A model generated the notes under the pieces. That model ran no database searches. It was not told the DNA's origin and saw only the letters and a list, made by a program, of their open reading frames with translations. Position numbers and translations under genes: made by a program. From contig CAWFUU010000017.1 in the NCBI GenBank assembly GCA_963819035.1, positions 140,030 to 204,029 of the forward strand: 64,000 bases of DNA, in the 5' to 3' direction. Of this stretch, positions 17,516-24,750 are shown piece by piece. The stretch's first letter is position 1. Each line of letters begins with the position of its first letter. This DNA comes from an uncultured Acidobacteriaceae bacterium. GTDB lineage: Bacteria > Acidobacteriota > Terriglobia > Terriglobales > Acidobacteriaceae.

Positions 17516-19960
17516 CTAGTGCCGTCCGCCGCCACCACCGTGTCCGCCGTGTCCGCCACGTCCGCCATCGCGCCCGCCACCGCGTCCGCCGCGTCCACGA
17601 CCGCGTCCGCCGCCTCCGGGACGCCCGCCGCCGCGTCCACCGCGATCACCGGTCCGTGGCCGATCGCCTGCGCCTGCGCCGGCGCTTACGTGCGGCGCGC
17701 CTTCGCGGTTAAAGTTGGGTTCGGCATCGGGCTCATCCGGAAAATCCCCGCCGCCTTCGATGACGACCGTGCCCGCCGGAACCGGCTCTCCCTCCGCCAC
17801 CGGCGCCTGGGCTGGAGCCTCGGCAACGGCCCCACCGCCCATCTTCGCCCGCTGCTCTTTCAGAATCGCTTTGCGTGAGAGGCGGATGCGGTTGCCTTCG
17901 ACGGCCAGCACCTTCACCAGTACCTGGTCGCCTTCTTTCAACTCATCGCGCACATCGGCAATGCGATGCTCCGCCACTTCGCTGATGTGCAGCAACCCGT
18001 CGGTCCCCGGCAGAATTTCGACGAACGCGCCGAAATCCGCCAGCCGCGTGACTTTGCCGAGGTAAGTCTTCCCGACCTCCGCCGTCGCCGTGATATCGCC
18101 GATCAGTTGCAGTGCCTTAGCAGCCGACGTCTGATCGCTCGACGCCACCTTGACCAGTCCGGAATCTTCCACGTCGATCTTCACTCCGGTCTGCTCGACG
18201 ATGCTGCGGATCATCTTCCCGCCCGGCCCAATCAGATCGCGAATCTTGTCGACCGGGATCTGCACCGTATAGAAGCGCGGAGCGTAATCGGAAATCTTCT
18301 CGCGCCCGGATGTAATCACTTCATCCATCTTGCCCAGGATGTGCAGCCGTCCACGCTGCGCCTGCGCCAGCGCCTCACGCATGATCTGCGCCGTAATGCC
18401 GGCGACTTTGATATCCATCTGCAGCGCCGTGATGCCATCCTTGGTCCCGGCAACCTTAAAGTCCATGTCGCCATAGTGATCTTCCGCTCCAGCAATGTCG
18501 GTCAGGATGGCATACTGCTCGCCCTCCTTCACCAGCCCCATCGCCACTCCCGCAACCGGAGCCTTCAACGGAACGCCCGCATCCATCAGGGCAATCGAAG
18601 CCCCGCAAACGGTAGCCATCGACGAAGATCCATTCGACTCCAGAATGTCAGAGACGACGCGCATGGCATAAGGCCATTTCTCTTCCGTTGGCAACACAGC
18701 CGAAACCGCCCGCTCGGCCAGCGCTCCATGCCCAATCTCACGCCGTCCAGCCCCCCGCAGAAATGCTACTTCTCCCACCGAAAACGGCGGAAAATTATAG
18801 TGCAGCATGAAGCGCTTTTTGGCTTCACCTTCGAAACCTTCGAGGCGCTGCATGTCGTCGCTGGTGCCGAGGGTGGTGGTGACCAGCGCTTGGGTTTCAC
18901 CGCGGGTGAAGATGGCGCTGCCGTGGGTGCGGGGCAGGACTCCGGCTTCGATCCAGATTTCGCGCACTTCGTCGAAGGCGCGGGCGTCGGGGCGGCGCTT
19001 GTGATTGATCACTTGCTCGCGGAAGATGCGTTCGCGGAGAGTCTCATAGTAGTGATCCAGTTTCTTCTTCGCTGCTTCGTCGTCTTTTTCACTTTCCGTC
19101 TTGGGAAGCTCGGCGGCGAGTTTCTTTTTGATGTCCTTGACCAGGGTGTAGCTTTCGGCCTTGGGATGTTTCTTGGTATCGAGGGCGTCGGAAAGTTCGG
19201 CTCCGATTTTGGTTTTGAGCGAGTTGTAGTACGCTTCGTCGAACGCAGGTGGCTCGACTTGCCGCTTAGGCTTGCCGACTTTGGCGCGGAGGTCGTTAAT
19301 CGCGGCGCAGATTTTCTTGATCTCGGTGTGCCCGAACTCGATGGCGTCGACGACGGTTTCTTCCTTCACTTCCTTCGCGCCGGATTCGATCATCACGATG
19401 CCGTCAGCCGTGCCGACCACCATGATGTTGACCAAGCTCTCGCGCATCTCGTTGTAAGTAGGGTTCACCAGGAACGCGCCGTTCACCAAACCGACGCGGA
19501 CTGCGCCGATGGGACCGAGGAAGGGAATATCGGAAAGAGTCAACGCACAGGAAGCGGCATTGATGCCGAGCACGTCGGGATCATTATCGGTATCGGCGGA
19601 GAGAACGAAAGCGATGACCTGGGTCTCGCACTTGAATCCCTCAGCAAACATGGGCCGGACGGGGCGGTCGATCTGGCGACTGGTGAGCACTTCGCGCTCG
19701 CTCATGCGGCCTTCGCGCTTGATGAAGCCGCCGGGGAAGCGTCCGCCGGCATAGGTGTACTCGCGATAGTCGACGGTGAGAGGGAAGAAGTCGATGCCTT
19801 CGCGGGGATCGGCGTTGGCGACGGCAGTGGCGAGAACAACGTTTTCGCCCAGGCGGACCACGGCTGCTCCGTGCGCCTGCTTGGCGAGCTTTCCGGTTTC
19901 AAATGAAATTTGTTTGCCGCCGGTGAGGTTTACGGTAATGCTTGTCGGTTCTGGTTTCAT
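17516..19960 (-). CDS. pnp: Polynucleotide phosphorylase with a ~108-aa Gly/Arg-rich C-terminal extension
   Basis: 814 aa with two RNase PH domains, KH and S1 (GKVTRLADFGAFVEILPGTDGLLHISE). The tail ends RGGRGGGRPGGGGRGRGRGGRGGGRDGGRGGHGGHGGGGGRH. Confidence 0.95.
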   Translation of the reverse strand: MKPEPTSITVNLTGGKQISFETGKLAKQAHGAAVVRLGENVVLATAVANADPREGIDFFPLTVDYREYTYAGGRFPGGFIKREGRMSEREVLTSRQIDRPVRPMFAEGFKCETQVIAFVLSADTDNDPDVLGINAASCALTLSDIPFLGPIGAVRVGLVNGAFLVNPTYNEMRESLVNIMVVGTADGIVMIESGAKEVKEETVVDAIEFGHTEIKKICAAINDLRAKVGKPKRQVEPPAFDEAYYNSLKTKIGAELSDALDTKKHPKAESYTLVKDIKKKLAAELPKTESEKDDEAAKKKLDHYYETLRERIFREQVINHKRRPDARAFDEVREIWIEAGVLPRTHGSAIFTRGETQALVTTTLGTSDDMQRLEGFEGEAKKRFMLHYNFPPFSVGEVAFLRGAGRREIGHGALAERAVSAVLPTEEKWPYAMRVVSDILESNGSSSMATVCGASIALMDAGVPLKAPVAGVAMGLVKEGEQYAILTDIAGAEDHYGDMDFKVAGTKDGITALQMDIKVAGITAQIMREALAQAQRGRLHILGKMDEVITSGREKISDYAPRFYTVQIPVDKIRDLIGPGGKMIRSIVEQTGVKIDVEDSGLVKVASSDQTSAAKALQLIGDITATAEVGKTYLGKVTRLADFGAFVEILPGTDGLLHISEVAEHRIADVRDELKEGDQVLVKVLAVEGNRIRLSRKAILKEQRAKMGGGAVAEAPAQAPVAEGEPVPAGTVVIEGGGDFPDEPDAEPNFNREGAPHVSAGAGAGDRPRTGDRGGRGGGRPGGGGRGRGRGGRGGGRDGGRGGHGGHGGGGGRH

Positions 19961-20023
19961 ATAGCTTCTAGCTCCTAGCTGCTAGCTTCTAGCTCTTGGC
20001 TATTGGCCTTTGGCTCTTGGCTC
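19961..20023. repeat. Nine tandem heptamers directly upstream of the pnp start codon
   Basis: Read on the pnp strand: GAGCCAA GAGCCAA AGGCCAA TAGCCAA GAGCTAG AAGCTAG CAGCTAG GAGCTAG AAGCTAT then ATG. Confidence 0.9.
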
Positions 20024-20068
20024 ATACGGCTAGGTGCAACTCCTTTTTTTGATTTGTATGGAAATCGA

Positions 20069-20143
20069 TTGTGGAGCGGGCACTTCTGCCCGCTTGCTGG
20101 CAGCATCGAAAGGGCCAGCGGGCAGGAGTGCCCGCTCCACACA
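20069..20143. repeat. REPIN-like doublet: two inverted REP hairpins forming a ~24-bp stem in the rpsO-pnp spacer
   Basis: Left arm tgtggAGCGGGCActtcTGCCCGCT (20069-20094). Right arm AGCGGGCAggagTGCCCGCTccaca (20117-20143). The arms are reverse complements (1 G-U position), and each arm is itself an 8-bp hairpin. Confidence 0.8.
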
Positions 20144-20425
20144 CGCGGGCTGAGGGCCGCTTCGCATCCTGCAGAAATAAGGCCGCAAGCGTCCCGGCAC
20201 TCGCCTGGAGGGAGAATGGGGCTTGCGTTACGTGACGCACGTGAAGAGGATTTCTCAATGCTGACGTCTCTCACCGAGACTGTTTCAGAAATATCCTGGG
20301 ACGATTCAGGTGCCCCATCCTCCAGCGTGTCAGGCCAACCCTGATCGCGTTCGCTGTTTCGAGGACGGGGAATTTGATTAGGCTCCCAGCAATTGCCGCC
20401 GCCGGAAGCTAGACCCCAGGTGCGA

Positions 20426-20692
20426 TTACTTGCGGATACCGAGCTTGGTGATCACGGACTTGTAGCGCTCGGAATCGTATTTCTTGAGGTAGTCGAGCAA
20501 GCGACGCCGCTTGCTGACCAGCATGAGAAGCCCGCGGCGCGAGCCGTGGTCTTTCTGGTGCGTCTTGAAGTGCTCCGTCAACTGGCCAATGCGTTCGCTG
20601 AGCAGCGCGATCTGAACTTCCGGACTCCCGGTGTCGGTCGCGTGCGTGCGATGCGTGTCAATTACGGATTGCTTTTGCTCTCTGGCTAACAC
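20426..20692 (-). CDS. rpsO: 30S ribosomal protein S15
   Basis: 88 aa, GTG start. [50 protein letters not shown]. Confidence 0.95.
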   Translation of the reverse strand: MLAREQKQSVIDTHRTHATDTGSPEVQIALLSERIGQLTEHFKTHQKDHGSRRGLLMLVSKRRRLLDYLKKYDSERYKSVITKLGIRK

Positions 20693-20748
20693 TAGCCTGA
20701 TGTGCTCCTGTCTTTAATCGATTGTCTATGTGACTCTTAGAGAATATC

Positions 20749-21042
20749 ATGGAGCCGGAAAACACCGCAATGAACATCGAAATTCGAGACTCCGCCCTGC
20801 AAGCACGGATTCAGAAGCAACTTGAAGCAACAGGCTCGGGAAGCGTGGAGGAGTTGCTTGCTCACTTACTGGAGACCCAAGAGGAACAGGATCGGTGGCT
20901 TCTGGAAAACCGGGAGGAGATCGATGCCAAAATTCGCCGCGGAATCGCGCAGCTTGACCGGGGCGAAGGCATTCCAGAAGACCAATGGGATGCCTATCTG
21001 AAGGCTCGCAAAAACAAGTCGGACTCCCCGGCGCTCCCATAG
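20749..21042 (+). CDS. ParD-like (RHH) type II antitoxin, orphan
   Basis: Pattern SGSVEELLAHLLETQEE...IDAKIRRGIAQLDRGEGIPED resembles ParD/COG3609 antitoxins. No intact toxin ORF follows. The start is ATG 20749 or 20770. Confidence 0.5.
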   Translation: MEPENTAMNIEIRDSALQARIQKQLEATGSGSVEELLAHLLETQEEQDRWLLENREEIDAKIRRGIAQLDRGEGIPEDQWDAYLKARKNKSDSPALP

Positions 21043-21212
21043 CATAGCGGGCAGAAGACCATCACTTTTGCAACGACGTGAGCCGGTGGCCCGGTTCGAA
21101 CACCCGCCAGAAAAACTGGGGAAGGTCCAGTCTGTCCCCGGGTTTCTCTTTAGCATCGTCAGAGAAATGTGTGGTCACTGATGCGTTCGAATGGCGGCCG
21201 GAAGTTGGGCTC

Positions 21213-21227
21213 GAGGGTGCCCCGTCC
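21213..21227. repeat. Solo copy of the GAGGGTGCCCCGTCC terminal motif of the 143-bp repeat
   Basis: The same 15-mer begins the elements at 23430 and 24548. A 13-nt version occurs at 8194-8206. Confidence 0.6.
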
Positions 21228-21287
21228 GTTCCAATGTGAGCCGTCAATGTCGTTGCGCCCTCCCCCTGCCTTTGGTATCTTGCGGTC

Positions 21288-22136
21288 GTGGACCTCCACG
21301 TTAATGCCAGCGACTTACAGCAGGAACTGGAGCAACTGCGGTCGGAGAACGCCCGGCTCAGGCAGGAAATAATTGAAAGTCGCAAGGACAGCACCCGGTA
21401 TCTCCAGAACGTGGCACACCAGCTCACTGCGCCCTTAAACGCCATTAAGTGGAACATCGAGGCGATCAAGGACGAGAAAATCCCGATCCCGCGCAAGAAG
21501 AACCTGCTTAGTTCCATCTACTCCCAGGGGACGATACTTGTTCACCTGATTAAGAACTTCAGCCTAATGTCCAATCTCGAAGCCGACCACGAGCTGGGAC
21601 AGTTCCGGGAAAAACCCGAGCGTGTGAGCCCGCTCCGCCTCGCCATAAATCTCGCGGGGGACTTTCAGCCTCAAGCTGCGGAGACCAGTAAGAAGATAGA
21701 TGTTGACATAGATTCGTTTGACAAGATTTTCGCCAGCAAACCGCTATTGGTAGTCAAGAATCTCGTTGCCCAGGCCCTCTCGAATCTCCTAGAGAACGCC
21801 ATCAAGTACTCCGACATCGGAACCACAATCAGAGTGCTGGCTGCCCAGGGGACGATAAGGGAGCGTAAGGCGATTTACCGCGGGATAGCGGTGATCAATA
21901 CTGGGCTTCCGGTGCTGCTCGACGAAGCGAAAAAACTTTCAGATCGAGGCTTCCGCGGCAAAGCGGCGCGGCAAAAGATCCCGGCGGGAACCGGAATTGG
22001 TCTCTATATCGCAAACAGGATCATGGAACTTCACGAGGGGCTAATCGTGGTCAAGCCTGACGGCAGCGAGACGCGAATAACTCTATTCTTCCCCGAGTTA
22101 CGTGTAGTCGAGCCGGCCGGCGTCGAGGAAGAATGA
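21288..22136 (+). CDS. Soluble, sensor-less histidine kinase (coiled coil + HisKA + HATPase_c)
   Basis: About 45 aa of coiled coil (LQQELEQLRSENARLRQEIIE), then H-box NVAHQLTAPLNAI, N-box LSNLLENAIKYS, SDRGFRG and GTGIGLYIANRIMELHEG. No TM segment or recognisable input domain. GTG start. Confidence 0.8.
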   Translation: MDLHVNASDLQQELEQLRSENARLRQEIIESRKDSTRYLQNVAHQLTAPLNAIKWNIEAIKDEKIPIPRKKNLLSSIYSQGTILVHLIKNFSLMSNLEADHELGQFREKPERVSPLRLAINLAGDFQPQAAETSKKIDVDIDSFDKIFASKPLLVVKNLVAQALSNLLENAIKYSDIGTTIRVLAAQGTIRERKAIYRGIAVINTGLPVLLDEAKKLSDRGFRGKAARQKIPAGTGIGLYIANRIMELHEGLIVVKPDGSETRITLFFPELRVVEPAGVEEE

Positions 22137-22547
22137 CAATCTTGCTAGTAGACGACGAGCCGAGCTATGTGGACGCGCTAAGTTGCCACGCTTGAATCCA
22201 ACGGAATCAAGTGCATCACGGCGAAGAATATGACCGAGGGGGTGAAGGTGCTGGAAACGCAGTATGCCGACGTGGCAGCAGTTGTCACGGACATAATGAT
22301 GCCGCCCGGCCCTTCTTTCTCGCACGTCAATGCCGACGAATGCGGTTTCGAATTCATAGAGCACGTGCAGCAGAACTGGCCGCGACTACCGATCGTTTGT
22401 CTTTCAGTAATTGCCGATCAAGCTAGGATACGCTTTCTCGCAAGACGAAGGGTTAAGTACCTTAGAAAGGGAGAAACCCCACTTTCCACGGCGGTCGAAG
22501 TGATTACCGCCGTCGCCGAAGGAAGAACAGGACGGCTGAGGTTTTGA
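22133..22547 (+). CDS. Stand-alone response-regulator receiver domain; frame broken near 22180
   Basis: ATG 22133 overlaps the kinase stop (ATGA) and gives MTILLVDDEPSYVDALS, then a stop. The +1 frame continues ATLESNGIKCITAKNMTEGVKVLETQYADVAAVVTDIMMP...VCLSV...YLRKG (ORF 22230-22547). All receiver signature residues are present. Confidence 0.65.
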
Positions 22548-23387
22548 ATGCGGGTTCTAATTGTCGAGGACGACCAGTTCTACTCCCAACGAATTCGGGA
22601 ACTTCTCATGGATCACGGAGTTGATTCCACGATCGTGGGGAGTGCGCAAGAGGCAGTTGTTTTCGATCTAGCTCAGATCGACGCCGCTGTGGTCGACATT
22701 ATGCTGCCGAACGACCCGGGTGCATCGAGCATCACCGCGCAGGAGAGTAGGGGCGGCTTTATGACGGGCGTTGCCATAGCGCGGAGACTTCAAAAGAAGA
22801 AGTCTTCACTTCGGATTGTGATGCTGTCGTCCGACGTGACCAATATTGAGGCCGAGAACTGGGCCTCGCAGCAATCTATCCCCTTCATCCCCAAACATAC
22901 AGGAAGTGACGCGCTGTTAGGCGCGCTGCGTAAGCTGGCGATCATTTCGGGCCCACGAGCGCCACTCGCGTTCATAGTGCACGGTCACGACTCAGCCTCT
23001 GTTTTGGAGCTGAAGAACTACATACAGAACATACTTCACTGGCAGGAGCCTGTTGTTCTTCGGGAGCAGCCCAGCCTAGGGAAGACTCTCATCGAAAAGT
23101 TTGAGACGTTCGCACGCAAAGTCGACTGTGTTTTCGTCCTGCTCACGCCAGACGACAACGTCGTCCCGAGCGGCACCGATGATGAAAAGAGGCGCTCCCG
23201 TCAAAACGTCATTTTCGAGCTTGGCTTTTTTTACGCCTCCCTAGAGCGAAGGTCGGGGCGTGTACTCCTGCTGCACAAGGGAGAGCTCGAACTACCCTCG
23301 GACATATCGGGAATTGTCTGGATCGACATCAGCGGCGGAATAACAGCAGCGGGCGAGGATATCCGGAAAGAAGTGGCCGACGTGTGA
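22548..23387 (+). CDS. Response-regulator receiver fused to a CAP12/PycTIR-type TIR-like effector domain (PF10137/COG4271-like)
   Basis: ATG directly abuts the upstream TGA. Receiver motifs are VLIVEDD, AAVVDIMLP, VMLSS and FIPKH. The C-terminal half carries AFIVHGHD, VVLREQPSLGKTLIEKFE, VFVLLTPDD, SRQNVIFELGFF and ELPSDISGIVW, which are the hallmark blocks of the TIR-like family. Confidence 0.8.
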   Translation: MRVLIVEDDQFYSQRIRELLMDHGVDSTIVGSAQEAVVFDLAQIDAAVVDIMLPNDPGASSITAQESRGGFMTGVAIARRLQKKKSSLRIVMLSSDVTNIEAENWASQQSIPFIPKHTGSDALLGALRKLAIISGPRAPLAFIVHGHDSASVLELKNYIQNILHWQEPVVLREQPSLGKTLIEKFETFARKVDCVFVLLTPDDNVVPSGTDDEKRRSRQNVIFELGFFYASLERRSGRVLLLHKGELELPSDISGIVWIDISGGITAAGEDIRKEVADV

Positions 23388-23429
23388 ACGGGCAGCGGCG
23401 GGTGGCCCATGCTAGCCATCCCTGCTGTT

Positions 23430-23572
23430 GAGGGTGCCCCGTCCAAGCTTCGCTTGGGTGGGGATTTTGATCCGCATCGGGTCTGTGGCTGTGGCCGGAT
23501 TCGGAGAAGGAGTCAGAGGAAGTCAGAATCCCCACCCTATCCGCAAAGAACACGGATAAGGATGGGGCACCC
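23430..23572 (+). repeat. 143-bp MITE-like structured repeat, copy A
   Basis: 138/143 identical to 24548-24690. Terminal inverted repeat GGGTGCCCCGTCC...GGATGGGGCACCC, with internal complementary blocks GGGTGGGGA/TCCCCACCC and TATCCG/CGGATA. Confidence 0.85.
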
Positions 23573-23627
23573 AGCTCTATCAGAAAAGAACGCAGAGAAG
23601 ATGGGGAACCGGGCTCGTCCATGCCAA

Positions 23628-23681
23628 CTGCGGCCCGATACACCTGGGCCGCCGGACAGCCGGGGGCGGCTGTCCCTACAT
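23628..23681 (+). repeat. ~55-bp repeat ending in a REP hairpin (partner at 28656-28712)
   Basis: ctgcggcccgatacacctgggccgccGGACAGCCgggggcGGCTGTCCctacat is nearly identical to 28656-28712. Confidence 0.8.
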
Positions 23682-23732
23682 TGAGGTGGGTGGCCCATCC
23701 GAAAATCCACCCTAACTGAAAAGTTCGCGGCG

Positions 23733-24419
23733 TCAGGAATCTTCGTCTTCGTCCTTCATCGCGCTCTTGAATCCGCCGATCATGCCTTCCCGGAAGGCCT
23801 TCAGCATCTTAAGCAGGCGGAATTCCACTTTGGTGACGGTGCCTCCCCGCGTGTCGGACTTCTCATACGACCAGAACATTGCCTTCAGCTTCTTCGACAC
23901 AGTGCGCCCTTCCTTCGTCTTCTGCGTGAAGCTCGTCGGTACCAGGCCCACTACGGAGATAAGCACTCCACCAGCCAGAATCTCCAACGGATCTTCGATC
24001 AGCCCTTTCCTAAGCAGTGATTTATATGACGATTCGGCGGCCGCGACGAGTTGGTCCGTAGTGGTATTCAGTCGCAGGTTAAGAACCGCCTGTCCCAGCG
24101 CATCCGGATAAGGAAGAGATCCATGCGACGCCTTGGTTTCTTTCTCATATTCGGTTCGGGGAAACTCTTGGTAGAACTCTTTGATCTTAGGGTTCTTCCC
24201 AACTGCCGCCCGAACAACGTCCGCGACATCGATGTGTGGATGATATTCCGCCACATGCGCCAGCAGAGTGCCCCAGACGTAAGCCTCTTTTGTAGTGACC
24301 GTCACCGCCCAGTTCGCGGAATCGACCTTGCCCTTTGGATCGTTCGACAGTTCGAGGACCGCCATGTCCGCCAGGCTCATGCGCGTGAGCTTCCTCATAA
24401 CTGCCTTCTTCGCTCTCAT
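23733..24419 (-). CDS. Hypothetical protein (229 aa), no recognisable family
   Basis: C-terminal part of ORF 23733-25082. Start placed at ATG 24419 (MRAKKAVMRKL), 6 nt after GGAG. Non-repetitive with lower GC. The portion upstream of 24419 runs through repeat copy B and is low-complexity. Confidence 0.6.
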   Translation of the reverse strand: MRAKKAVMRKLTRMSLADMAVLELSNDPKGKVDSANWAVTVTTKEAYVWGTLLAHVAEYHPHIDVADVVRAAVGKNPKIKEFYQEFPRTEYEKETKASHGSLPYPDALGQAVLNLRLNTTTDQLVAAAESSYKSLLRKGLIEDPLEILAGGVLISVVGLVPTSFTQKTKEGRTVSKKLKAMFWSYEKSDTRGGTVTKVEFRLLKMLKAFREGMIGGFKSAMKDEDEDS

Positions 24420-24547
24420 ATGGAACTCCTGTGCGGAATGTCCCGCAGTGGGAAATATTATTCCCGCCCACACTGGAAGGTGAAGAAGATCGCAAAATCG
24501 TTTCTCGGGTGCGGCGTGGCCCATCCCCGAAGGCCATTCTTGGTCTT

Positions 24548-24690
24548 GAGGGTGCCCCGTCCAAGCTTCGCTTGGGTGGGGGTTTTGATCCGGATCGGGT
24601 CTGTGGCTGCGGCTGGATTCGGAGAAGGAGTCAGAGGAAGTCAGAATCCCCACCCTATCCGCAAAGAACGCGGATAAGGATGGGGCACCC
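24548..24690 (+). repeat. 143-bp MITE-like structured repeat, copy B
   Basis: Direct-orientation copy of 23430-23572 with 5 mismatches. Confidence 0.85.
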
Positions 24691-24750
24691 GCACGGTGGG
24701 AGAAAACAGATTCCTCCCTTTGGTCGGAATGACAAGACCCTTGATTTTCG

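Noticed and set aside
17966-19906. 646-aa plus-strand ORF
   Set aside because: Entirely antisense to pnp, which is unambiguous. Low-complexity Arg/Leu/Gly-rich translation.
19961-20023. Tandem repeats considered as a CRISPR array. The same applies to 611-755.
   Set aside because: The units are 7-8 nt with no spacers, and no cas genes are present. They are short tandem repeat arrays, not CRISPR.
21093-21101. GGTTCGAAC resembling a tRNA T-loop (possible tRNA-derived att site)
   Set aside because: The flanking bases cannot form a T-stem or acceptor stem, and no other tRNA features are present.
21043-21287. Possible decayed ParE-type toxin downstream of the ParD-like gene
   Set aside because: Only a vague TITFATT-like N-terminal resemblance followed by stops in all frames. 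This is too weak to call, so the antitoxin is treated as orphan.
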